A stretch of 64,000 nucleotides of DNA from Tricharina praecox (taxonomy: Eukaryota): NCBI RefSeq assembly GCF_024521635.1, contig NW_026250410.1:1116001-1180000 (forward strand), read 5' to 3'. Below, in pieces: positions 1 through 12,682 of this stretch. The number at the start of each line of letters is the position of its first letter. Within the stretch, counting starts at the first letter, position 1. The position numbers and the translations under genes were made by a program. The notes below the pieces were generated by a model that had not been told where the DNA came from, did no database searches, and saw nothing but the letters and a program-made list of their open reading frames with translations.

Positions 1-374
1 ACGAAAGGATAGAAGGGTTCATAGCGATCACTCGGATCGCATGGGATAAGGGACCAGAGTCTTCTATATAGACGATGCGGGCTGGTCGCCATAGTCTGGT
101 AAATGCCGCATTCGCTAATAGATTGATGTTCTCTCTAGACGATCCGGGCTAGCACTGTATATAGCCCCGAGTCGACGAGGCGAATAGACCATCGCCTTCT
201 CATTGACCTTGTTCCTGTGGGTAACACATACTCTACCATCTACCAGGATGATGGACCCAGTTCCACGGTAGACAACAAAGGCTCACATCACCGCAAAAGA
301 CTTGAGATCAAGGGATGCGAATCAGATGGAATCCGCAAGAGCCACCACACTTTGCTATCCTCATCTATTCCTCT

Positions 375-2018
375 CTAGCGTATACCAACGATCACAAAGT
401 TCCTCGGACTCTCCGCATGATCGAACGCCGCCTCCACCCAAGCCTGCTTGCATCCCATCTCTCGGAGAAACAACCACCTATCGGCAACAATGATACTCTC
501 GCATATCCCCGCCGAGTACGCCATCAAGCTCCATACCACGCTCAGTTCCTTCTTCCTATGTTCAAATTTCCGCATGTATTCCGTCGCCTCCTCTTCAGTA
601 ACAGTGATTCGATCCTCCCAGCCAAGCTTCTTCACCGCCGCGGCGATGTATGCCGGGAAGGAATCAAAACTCCCCTTCTTGAGCGAGCCGATGACGATGG
701 GTTCGTTCTCGGTGCTGAGTGGGTCTATTAGGCCCCGGTCGATAAAGATGCGCTGCAGCAGGGCACGATAGAAGTGGCGTTCGAAGAAATCGGCACATGT
801 TGCTGCGGTCCAGTTGGCGGGTGCCTGGCAGGCCATCGACCGTGCGGTGATGTTGAGCTTGGTATCTCTCTCCGTGAGTGTGGCGGAGACGGGAAAGCCC
901 TGGGGATCGCCGGCGGTGGCGGTTGCGACCAGCCGTGGATGGGGGTTGCGGAGGTAGGGAGGCTTGAAGGAGGCGCCGCGTTTCTCTGTCAACAGGTTGT
1001 AGCAGCACCCAATCAGGGCGACGGCGCGGACCGAAGGGGTGTTGCGAAAAGCGGAGAGGGCGTGGTGGACGAGGTTTCCGCAGGAGTGGAGCGAGGTTAG
1101 GAGAAGGGACTTCGGCGTCGAGGAGCCAGAGTCGCCGGGGATATCGGGGATGGCATCGACTACCACGTCGATATTGCCGTCCGATATGAAGGTCTGCACA
1201 TACTGCAAGCTTCCAACCTTGTGATCATCCACGCATTCGCCGTCTGCACATTCGTGCGCCTGCTTCTTCAGCTTCCTCTGCACGATCCGGTCATACAGTG
1301 TATCCAGCGATTTCGCGCCGTCGATATTGACCGTCCTCGACTCGATGCCAACGACATTGTGTCCGTACTTCTTGGCCACCGTTCGGGAGAGATACGCCTG
1401 TCCAGAGCCATAATCAATGACATGGCTGATCGCGTATTCTCCGGCATCGGTATCCGTCTCCACATCTCGCACCAAGTCATCCAAGTACGCCGCAAAGTTC
1501 TCAACCTACAAACCGGTAACCTCAAGAATAAGAAACCCCTCCGTCCCGATCCGGGTGTGCGAACACACCTCATGTATCTTCTTTGGTTTCATCCCAGCGT
1601 TGAGTGCGCGCTCAGTTCCACGCCCAATAGCTCTGATCGTCTGCTCGCTCTTCTCCCTGCGCACGAACCCGCGCTGCAACATGTGCTCGCGCACTTCCCG
1701 AATATACGTCTTCAACGTTTCCGGAACATCAGTCGTGAACTCGTCGATCGGCGTGCGCAGGAATAAGTCGAGGACTGTGTCCAGGGACTGTGCGGCGAAC
1801 CATGAGATCCAATCTGCAGGAAACACAGTATGGTAAATGTCCTTAGGACCGTCCGTTGACTCGGAGTCGCGCGTGAAGAAGTCGAGGATATGGATGCCGC
1901 CGCAGAGCGTTTGGAGGAGAGGAGATGTTGTCCAGAAGGCGAGGAGAGAGTCGATGTATTCTTCCGGTGTGCTGGTGGAAAACCGCGGTGAAACCGGGAG
2001 TTGCTGCGGCGGTGGCAT
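375..2018 (-). CDS. Methyltransferase domain protein (Methyltransf_32; METTL25/RRNAD1-like); 2 exons 2018-1569, 1505-375
   Basis: Intron 1568-1506 (GTGTGT...TGTAG) joins MKPKKIHE to VENFAAYLDDL. Family motifs: GMKPKKIHEV, VIDYGSGQAYLS (SAM binding), SLHSCGNL, IGCCYNLL, SPRN. Confidence 0.85.
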
Positions 2019-2290
2019 GGCAACGATCTGTGTATTGGAGATTCCTCTTGTTGCCCCACGTTCTGTTTTTTAGAGGGTTTCAATAAGTGTGGAAGCTAAC
2101 TAGCGCCGTGTAACATAGGGGCTTGGCAGATGCTCCCACTCTAATTCAACCTCAACTCAACCCAGAAGACGATTCGACTCGACAGACACCATTACCATCT
2201 GTTCAGCTCATCTAGCCCAACCTCAACCACTCCTTTACCTCCACGACCATCTACCAGCTCCGCCAGCGATAGGTGACACTCACTGCAACA

Positions 2291-3265
<975 letters not shown>

Positions 3266-3808
3266 GTGCAGCCAAAACCTGAGGATGGAGTCAAGCCCGA
3301 GGAGGTTGCTGTGAAAGTGGAGGAGCACGATGATGGCGATGAGAAAGAGAAGGTGGGCGAGGTTGTTGACGAGGAGGACGATGGGAAGGAAATGGATTTG
3401 TTTTGGGCGGAGTTGTATAAATAATTACGGAATACGCAGAGACGGAGATACTATTACTACTACTATCTACTGCGAATACACATCACTGTACACATCACCG
3501 TACACCAAAAGCTGTAGGAAATCGTGATGCTGCTGCCCAGCAGCTCCAGCTATTGTCCGATAACGTAAGATAGAGTAGGTATATGTTCATTCCTATCACA
3601 CAAAAGACATGATGCTTGGACTCTCACAAAAGCAAGAACTGGAATACGCAATACAATCGATATCATCCAAAGCAAAACCCAAAGCAAAGGCGAAGGCAAT
3701 ACAGGACAAACCCTAAAAATCTACCATACAAGCAAACATTGAACTTCTAAACAAGAACAAAACACTTGAGGCAGCTACATATATGACCCCTCATCAATCA
3801 AAGAACCT

Positions 3809-4171
3809 TCACCTGTAGCTATTACCACACCAACGCGGACCACCATCATAAGTCCTCACCCTCCCGGGCCCGATCCCCCAAGCCCCGCGTCTCTCATCCT
3901 CCAACTGCAACTGCCGCCGGAAGTCCTCCTGCCTGCGTAACCTGCGTCTCTGGTCCCGTCGGACCTCTTCATCCCAGCGTCCTCTCTCTGCCACCATTCG
4001 CCACGGGGACGAGGACGAGGATGAATAATAGACCGGTGCTGGTGTGTGAAACGGCTGTTGATGGTGGTGATGGTGCTGGTGGCTTTGAAGGACCGCCTGT
4101 GGGCCGTGAGAGAATTGGCCATGGAGAGGGGGCCAAATGGGAGCGTTGAGAAAGGTGGGGTAGTGCGGCAT
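3809..4171 (-). CDS. Small orphan protein (120 aa) with His tract and Arg/Glu-rich helix
   Basis: ATG at 4171 in an A-rich context (AAAATCGCAATG) and a minus-strand TATAAA at 4321-4316. No recognisable domain. Confidence 0.45.
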   Translation of the reverse strand: MPHYPTFLNAPIWPPLHGQFSHGPQAVLQSHQHHHHHQQPFHTPAPVYYSSSSSSPWRMVAERGRWDEEVRRDQRRRLRRQEDFRRQLQLEDERRGAWGIGPGRVRTYDGGPRWCGNSYR

Positions 4172-5099
4172 TGCGATTTTGTGGTGTTTTTTTGGTGTAA
4201 AGATACTGGTTTGGAGTCGGTGTCGAAAGGCAAGTATGTATTTAGAATGATCTGAGAATTGTATTGGTGACTGATGCTGAAATAACGGCTTAGAATGTGG
4301 GCTTCGACTAGCCAATTTATACCTGGGAGGAAACCAGTGTACGACATGGAAGGCCTGGGTACCGGTACTCGCCAGCCTTGTGCACATGCAACAACACACC
4401 GCCAAACATCAGTGTTTGTCACATATCATGGGCAGGTAGAAATGTGACGAGCCAGCCTTCACTTTCCTCTGACTCATGGTTTGACAGCCTCAAACAACGA
4501 AAGATGCACAATACCATTCTCGAAGCAGACAGCCCTGCCGAAAATCTGGAAATTGTGGGCTAACGGACCTTTATTATGATAGTCGGTGAGACGGTGTGTT
4601 CTTGTGGTCAATTCCGTTTGGAAGGTCTGTTTGCAATGCGTATGTACAGGTGATAGGAGGGCAAACCGATTTTCGGGATGTCATGTGAGTTGCAAACACT
4701 TGAATTGGGGACCTGAGGCATAAAAGGCGGCGGAAGGACAGTGAATCAAGGGCCAAAAACAGCGGCGGAACACTCAGAGTCTTTAAAGAGTTATACCTAC
4801 CTCCGCATACCTCATCATTATCAGAACCTCTCGGCTCGCAGTGGCATAATCAATATGGTTGCTGTTTGTCAGGATTAGCCTATCATTCTGCTCCTTCAAC
4901 TTCACCAAGCTCCACCTACCTCGTCACCTACACCATATATCTTCACCGTCATTCCAATCATCGGGGTCCCTAAATATAACGGTTACGGCAGCCATCCTAC
5001 ACAGCCAACAATATTCCACCGGCGGCCGGTAGCCAGTCTTCAAGCTACTACACCATATAGCCCCCCTCGAGATCTCGGTCCATTCGAATCATCCACGAT

Positions 5100-6624
5100 A
5101 TGACTATTGTCCACCAAATCTATCAATCGATAATTGTCCTTCGGCAGCCATCGGTCCCAACACCGGTACAGGCTCTACCTACTCTATACAAAGATTCAAA
5201 CCCCAGGCTTTTCTCGGTGTGTATCGGTTGGATGCGATAGGATTCCTACCCTTTGAGTTACCTTAGCCCGCGAAGGACGTCGATGGCCAGCCTACGAGGG
5301 TCTACATCCTCGCGGAACGTCAGTCAATGCGGCGCTTGGCTTCCTAATGTTTCCCGTTCGCTCCAAGTCAACATCATAGACTCCTATATAGAAACGGCTC
5401 ACATTGGGTACTCCAAGGATATCCAGCCGGAATGAGCCGATCTTTCCCATATAAATTCCACGGTAACCACAATCCGCACAATGGCTGTTCCCAACAATCA
5501 TCGCCACGGAAAAACGTGAGAATCGCTACCGCTCCAGCAGCCGTTTCAACATCCCGATGGTGAGGAACGACACGGCGTGGCAGGACACCCAGCTATCATG
5601 CTCATCACCATTGTGAACGGCCCTACCATCCATATACCGGCGGACCACCTCATCGATGTACAATGCGGGATACACCTTCAAGCGCATCACATCCAACTAC
5701 CTAAATGACGAGGCACGTACGATGCCATCATATAAGAAGCCCTCGCGACCCATGAGACGGCCACCAGGCACAACAACGATAGCGAGCACCATAAACCGTC
5801 GATTGATTAACACGACCACAAATTGGGAGACGGTCGTTCACCATTGCCAAGATTCCCGTGAATCGGTGCCGAGGATGATGTGCGGCTTCTATAGTAACCA
5901 GCCAATCATGAAGCACCTACCATCAACCAGCGTGCCTCCATATACCATACCACCATTTCGCACATCTCACCACGGTACTGGACTCATGAATCTATATACT
6001 TCTTATATATACGCCCGCATCCTTCCCACGCTATCAGCCATGGCCACCCCCTATTCAGCGGGACGGATAGTGAGATCTAGTTGAACGACGGGCTCTCGCT
6101 ATAAGGATCCTTCCACATTTCACCTATGGTAATATCTTATAGCGTGGGTGTGGAGCCTGCCATCGCTGGGAAAGTCTTCTGAGGTGGTTGTCACCGCCAG
6201 ACTCCGCTGCCAGACGGCGACAAATAGAGTACCGAAGCCATCATATAGATGGTAGGCCCGCCTGTCTCATGAACCATCGCAAGATTTGCGGTGATGTCAG
6301 AGTATATACACCTGGCTCGAGATATCTACACCCTCGCGAACGGTAACCACCTAATTGCGTCGCTAGACCTGATTACAGCTTTATATAATTGGCATGCTGA
6401 GGAAGGATTCACCACGGCCTCGGATCAACAGCGTCATAAGTCGTACCTATACGTGTCCACTCACCACGCCAGCAACCACTACAACCAGCGTAGGCTGTGT
6501 ACGGGTGATAAGTACTCCCATCTCTACGAGAAGTTCTACGTATAGATCTGCCCCGACTGCGGGCGTACAAGACGACGATGGCGCCTTCCACCAAATCCGC
6601 CAGAACATACGGTTCCAGCAATGA
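5100..6624 (+). pseudogene. Decayed coding sequence of unknown family; its 3' part is duplicated at 7807-8360
   Basis: Protein-like fragments are broken by stops and frameshifts, e.g. RFKPQAFLGVYRLDAIGFLPFELP*PAKDVDGQPTRVYILAE and LITALYNWHAEEG...HQIRQNIRFQQ*. Boundaries are approximate. Confidence 0.35.
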
Positions 6625-9517
6625 ATCCAAACCCATATATTTACACGAGTCCCACCACCTACGTCAACCACATACACACACACCGCTACTACCTACAACT
6701 ATACCTTCGCTAGCAAGGAATAGTCAAAGCCCGATATATTTTACACAAATTCCACCACCTACGTCAACGGTACCCCTATACACACAGACACACAGACACA
6801 CACACAGCCACTACTAGTACAACTATACCTCCACCATTATCCTCCACAGAACATCACCAAGAGACACGGCGTGGTGCCACCATTGCACGGACAGGTCAGG
6901 GCAGGTCAGAGACTTTCCGCCAGAGGTTAGAGTCTGGAGCTATAACCGGACACGGGACTCCGGCTGGGTCTACGCCGCCAAGAAGCTACATCTTCTTCTT
7001 CTTCCAATGGCGAACTTCACCGACGAAGATTCGACATTTCGCGCCGGAGGGATTGGGCGATCGAGGAGACTTGGGCAACCGTGGCACCTAGCAGCTAATC
7101 CGCGTCTACGTCCGCAGCCGATTCAGAAGCCGGTCGAATCGATATCGGCTGGCATCGGCTGGTATATATCGAAATGAAAGTTCAGGTAGATCAGATTCCT
7201 CAGCCGCCAGCGCGGGGGGATGGTTGCTGACGAGGTCAACACATGCGGGTCTACGGAGTTTGTTGTAGTTGGACAACGAACGGTGGATATGTTTCTTTTT
7301 TGTTTAATTATCAGTACATTCGACCTTAGTACTCTATACCATGGCAGATTACACATGCTTATCCACTCGGCAGTCCCCGACCGCTGGAAGCGATCTTGGC
7401 CGCGAGCTCTATACCGGTTCCCTGCTGCTCTCTACCTAGCCCTCCCTTGGACAACGAAAGGTGGCAACTCGGTCGAGTAGTCCAGACCAGACCACGACTT
7501 CACGATGACCTACCTAAGAGAAGAGTGAGGAGGAGTGACGAGAACATGCATATCCGGACTCCGGAGCAGATTATGGTTTCCCATATATACGGCCTACGAC
7601 GAACGAGAACAAGAACCACGCCAATTTAGCCTACCAGCAGCAGAATACACACAACGGAGGATACTGGCGTGGACAAGAGCCCATGTCACGCACATCAACA
7701 CATCGGCAAATTGCTGCAACCCCCGCCATCCACGGGCCACATTCACACATTCTCGACACGGGAAGAAGAGAAAGAACTCCTTCCACAAGACCACTATATA
7801 TAATTTAGCGGGACGGAGAGTGAAATCCGGTTGAACGACAGGCTCTTGCCACAAGCTTCTCACATTCCATCCGCAGCAACATCTTATAGCGTGGGTGCTG
7901 AGATTGCAGTCGCCGGGAAGGTCTTCCAAGGCGGTTGTCACCACCAATCTACATTCCCGACGGGGACAACACCGAAGCCACCATATACCTAGACGTCTGT
8001 ATACCCGACTGTCTCACGAACCATCACAAAATTCGCGGCGATGGGGGAATATTCATCCTAGTGAACGGAAACCACCCGATGGCCTCGCCAGACCTGATTA
8101 CAGCTATATATAATTGGCATGCTGAGGAAGGATGCAGTACAGGCTCGAATGTACGGCCTTACAAGTCGTACTACGTGTCCACTGATCACACTTTCAACCA
8201 CCACAACCAGTGTGGGCTTTGTACGGGTGATCATATTACTCCGAGTCCCATCCGTACGAGAAGATCTACGTATAGATCTGCCCCGACTACGGACGTACAC
8301 GATCACGCCAAGAATGACCCCTCCCACCAAATCAGCCAGAAAATATGGTAGGAGCAATGAATCTAAATCCAATATATTTACACAAATCCCACTACGTACC
8401 TACGTCAGCCCTATAGACAAGACTACTCCTACAATTACACTTTCGCTGGCAATAAATCAAAATCCGATATATCTACAGAAATACCACCACCTACGTCAAC
8501 CCTTATACACACAGCCACACAGACGCAAGCACAGCTACTACTAGTACAACTATACCTCAACCATTATCCTCCACAGAACAGCGCCGGGAGACCGTGGAGC
8601 TACTATCGAACGGGCAGGGCAGGGCAGAGACTTTTCGCCGGAGGCTGGAGGCTGGAGGCTGGAGGCTGGAGCCAAAACAGGACACGGGAATCTAGCTGGG
8701 TCTACGTCGCCAAGAAGCTACTACTTCTTCTTCCAATGGTGAACGTCACCGACGAAGATTCGGCATTTCGCGCCGGAGGGATTGGGCGATCGAGGAGATT
8801 TGGGCAACCGTCGCACCTAGCAGCTAATCCAAGCCCACGTCCGCAGCCGAGTCAGAAGCCGGTGGAATCTGTATCGGCTGGCATCGGCTGGTATCATGAA
8901 GGTTTAGATAGATCAGATTCCCCAGCCGCCAGCGCGGGGGGGATGATTCCTGATGAAGTCAACACCTGCGGGTCCGCGAACTCGAATTTGTTGCATTTGG
9001 ACGACAAAAGGTGGATATGTTTCTTTTTTGGTTTAATTACTCTATACCATGGTAGATTACACATGCTTCTCCACCCGTCAATCCCCGACCGCTGGCCGCG
9101 AGCTTTGCCGCGAGCTCTATACCGGTTCCCTGCTGCTCTCCTCCTAGCCCTCCCTTGAACAACGAAAGGTGAGAACTTGGTCTCGCAGTCTAGACTAGAC
9201 CACGAGAACCTACCTTAGAGAAGAGTGATGAGGAGTCATGAGGAATTGTGACGCATATCCGGACTCCGGAGAAGATTATTTTCCCCCATATATATACGGC
9301 CCACGACGAACGAGAACAAGAACCACGCCGATCCAGCCTACCAGCAGCAGAAGAAACACAGCGGAGGATAGTGGCGTGGACAGGAGGCCATTTCACGCAC
9401 ATCAACACATCGGCAAATGGCTGCAACCGCCGCCATTCATCATGGGCCACATTCTCGAGACGGGACGAAGAGGAAGAACTCATTCGACAAGACCATCTAT
9501 ATATATACAACAATTTC
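6057..9517 (+). repeat. Degenerate tandem duplication, period ~1750 bp (copy A 6057-7806, copy B 7807-9517)
   Basis: Collinear shared blocks: AGCGGGACGGA.AGTGA (6057/7807), GACCTGATTACAGCT.TATATAATTGGCATGCTGAGGAAGGAT (~6367/~8090), CATTTCGCGCCGGAGGGATTGGGCGATCGAGGAGA (~7036/~8764), GACGAACGAGAACAAGAACCACGCC (~7597/~9305). Confidence 0.9.
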
Positions 9518-10193
9518 AATAGCCCTACATGGACCTTGTACCTCGCTGTAGCTCTGGCTTGCATGGTCGACGATCACGAGGGGCAGCAAGCATGCCTACC
9601 GTACCTAGCTACTTCTGTACCGCCCAATGGCTCACAGCAATACGTCGTGATATGATTCACTGCGGAGCGATACCATCATACAGTAGACCGGATGTCTCGA
9701 CAAACCATTCCTGTCGAGTTGCTCCAATATCGGCGGTCAAACCAACTGTACCTACATCTTTTGCTCCCGATCTGAGGGATGTGCACTGACCGTCTCTTGC
9801 ATCATGCCGCGATAATGGATTTACAGTAATTTTCTGTGGACTAGTTACGGATCGGTAGCCGTGTTGGCTGTGTGGGCACTGCACATAGGCCTTGACAGTC
9901 GTCGGTCAGCGTGGCCTCTTGCACACGAGGTCTACGTAATGATTTCTAGACGGAGGATCAAAAATTCATATGTACGATGACCGTCGAGAGTATCTACATT
10001 CACACAATTCTTCCATTCATATCACCTTCCTAATAAATAGCTCCTTCCCACCATCCAATAAAATAAGTGAGACACAATTGGTTCCGTACTTCATGTCTCG
10101 GCGGATGGTGTCGACCTCCACGCGAGCCCCCGCCAAAGCGATTATTCAATCTCTTCCGCTGCTCTTAAAGTTGAACATGTTGATGAAATCAAC

Positions 10194-10309
10194 AATCATC
10201 CACCTATCCTAGCCATCTCAAATCCAACCAACAAAACACAATACAGACAACCATCATCCACCCATCCTAGCTATCTCAAATCCAACCAACAAAATACAAT
10301 AAAAACAAC
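10194..10309 (+). repeat. Tandem repeat, 2 x ~58 bp
   Basis: ATCATCCACC.ATCCTAGC.ATCTCAAATCCAACCAACAAAA.ACAATA occurs twice in tandem. Confidence 0.85.
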
Positions 10310-10701
10310 GGACATTCAGAATCACGCGTATGGCCTGATCGCCCCCGACACCAGCCCCCAAAATGCGCCCCGTAAACGAATTGATTATGGTCCCAACGGG
10401 GGCTTTCCTGAATTAATTATTTTGCAAGGGTATTGGTTGAACGGCTGCTTTGACTTTAGCGCCCTTGGTGATGGCATTCTTGAGCGATCCGACCGCTCAT
10501 CGGAGGAAAGTTCGCAAGACAAGGATTGGTCGAACGGCTGCTTGGCGGCGGAGGAACGTTGCCGAGCTTTGAAGGGCGCCTCAGGCCTAGTTGTAGGGAC
10601 TGAACCAGGAGGAGGCTAGAGCTGTTCAAGAGATTGACTCTCGGTCGGCGGAGGTTCAGCGGGCCCAAAGTGCTGGCCGTCAGTTGTTCAGCGGGCCCTT
10701 A

Positions 10702-10802
10702 TATCATGATCCATATTTCCGTTCTCACCCGGGCACAGCATACATTATGATCCAGATCTCGGTTCTCATCCGGGCACTTCGCAAATCATGATCCAACTCT
10801 CG
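10702..10802 (+). repeat. Tandem repeat, ~2.5 x ~41 bp
   Basis: ATGATCCA.AT.TC.GTTCTCA.CCGGGCAC is repeated, with a third partial ATCATGATCCAA. Confidence 0.75.
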
Positions 10803-11244
10803 AAACTCTCAGAGATACCCTCAACGCCTATGGTGGCGGCGGTATCACACATTGATCCGCAGCAGTGATACTTGGTGATTTCTCAGGGGTCTGCGTTGAA
10901 CGGGGCGGGTCGTTCGGGGTCTTGTGAATAGGCGCGAAGGATACGTTCTTCGTATTAACTATTTTTCGTTTCTGTAGGCGGGGATTGGATCGTTGTTTGG
11001 AATCGAACGGCGGAGTGAATTCGAGAGTGCGCAGTGGAAATGTGTAGTAACGCGGTTCTGTCCGAATCATCTTGAAGAAAAGCTCCATTCGTAGTCCTCT
11101 ATTTCTATCCGTCAGGCTTTTATCACGAAAATAAGCAATAATGGGGGTGTCTTACCTAAGTCGTATTCTTCATTTCGCAATCCTCCGTACTCCTCCTCTA
11201 GCTTTTCCAACCGAAGCTCGTCGGTCTGGAGAGTGAAGTAGAGC

Positions 11245-12600
11245 ATGCGTAGCTTGTGTGTTAAGTGCAAGATCGCAAGATGGAAAGGTCTGAAAGGGTG
11301 GGTGGTACCAATTCAGGTAGGAAGGGAGGGGTATGAGAAGATGGAGGACGAGAGATGGAGGAGAGAAATGGAGGATGAGATGGAGGATGAGATGGAGGAT
11401 GAGATATGGAGGAGAGAAACAGAAGATGAGAAGATGAAGGAGGAAAAGATGGAGGAGAGAAATAGAAGATGCGTAGCTTGTGTGTTGAGTGCAAGGCCGA
11501 AGGAAGTTGGCGGGAGAAAAGAGATTTTGGCCAGGTGAGCTCGTAGCGAGTATTTGAAGGAGCAGCAACGGTTGCTTTTCGAAGGAGATGGAAAGGTGAT
11601 GGGAGAGCAGACAGGAGAGAGAAGTAGTGGATGTGCAGCTTGTGTGTTGAGTGCAAAGCCGAAGGAATCTGGCGGCAGGAGAGTCCTCGGGTGCAAGGGA
11701 GGAGTATGAGCTGGAAATTTCCATCGGTGTCCGGAGAGATGGCCGAGAGAAGTGGAGGGTGAAAGGATTGAGAGCTTTGTCGAAAGGGTAGGGGGTTCCA
11801 CTCCAGGTAGCCTTTCAAGAATTCCGTAGGAAGGGAGGAGTATGAGAAGATGGAGTAGGAAGGGAGGAGAATGAGAAGATGGAGAATGAGAAGATGGAGT
11901 AGGAAAAGATGGAGTAGGAAAAGATGGAGGAGAGGAATAGAAGGTGAGAAGATGGAGGGGGAAAAGAGGGAGGAGGAAAAGAGGGAGGAGAGAAATAGAA
12001 GATTTGTAGCTTGTGTGTTGAGTGCAAAGCCGAAGGAATCATGTTGGCAAAAAGTTGTCGTCGGGTGGAAGGGGAGGAGAATAGCAGGTGAAAGTATTCG
12101 TCGGCTTCACGAGAGATGGCCGAGAGAAGTGAAGGATAAAAGGATTGAGAGCTTCGTCGAAAGGGTAGGGGGTTCCACTCCAGGTATCCGGACAAGAAGT
12201 CCGTAGGAAGTGGCGGGAGAAGAGAGATTTTTGCCAGGTGATCTGGTTCCGAGTAATTGAAGGAGCAGCAACGGTCGCTTTCGAAAGAGATGAGAAGGAG
12301 ATGGGATAGTAGATGGAAGAGAAGTAGTGGATGATGGAAAGGATGGGAGAGAGGATGGGAGAGAGGATGAGGGGGAGAAGTAGTGGATGTGTAACTTGTG
12401 TGTTGAGTGCAAAGCCGAAGGAATCGGGTAGGCAGGAAGTTATCGTTTGGTGTAATAGGAGGTGTTTGGGATGATTGAAGTATCCGTCGGTGACTGGAGA
12501 GATGGCCGAGATATTTACAGCTTCGGTCTGCAAGTCTGAGCGGGACAGAGGAGTGGAGTATGCATAGCTTGTGTGTTTAGTGCAAGACCGAAAGATGTAG
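11245..12600. repeat. Purine-rich higher-order repeat with six copies of the motif AGCTTGTGTGTTGAGTGCAAAGCCGAAGGA
   Basis: Motif cores start at 11251, 11475, 11637, 12008, 12393 and 12566. Two further modules recur between them. Confidence 0.9.
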
Positions 12601-12674
12601 AGGTAGGAGAGAGAAAGATGAGAAGGATGTAGGAGAGAGAAGGAAGTGCGAGAGAGGAGGGGGGGAGGAGGGGG

Positions 12675-12682
12675 TTTATATA
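12675..12682 (-). promoter_or_regulatory. TATA box (TATATAAA) upstream of a CT-rich tract leading into the 11.2-12.6 kb array
   Basis: Plus-strand TTTATATA at 12675-12682. On the minus strand it is followed by a long pyrimidine-rich stretch typical of fungal transcription start regions. Confidence 0.4.

Noticed and set aside
11245..12600. CRISPR array interpretation of the six ~30-bp repeats
   Set aside because: Eukaryotic context, no cas genes, and spacers of 130-350 bp that are unequal and themselves repetitive.
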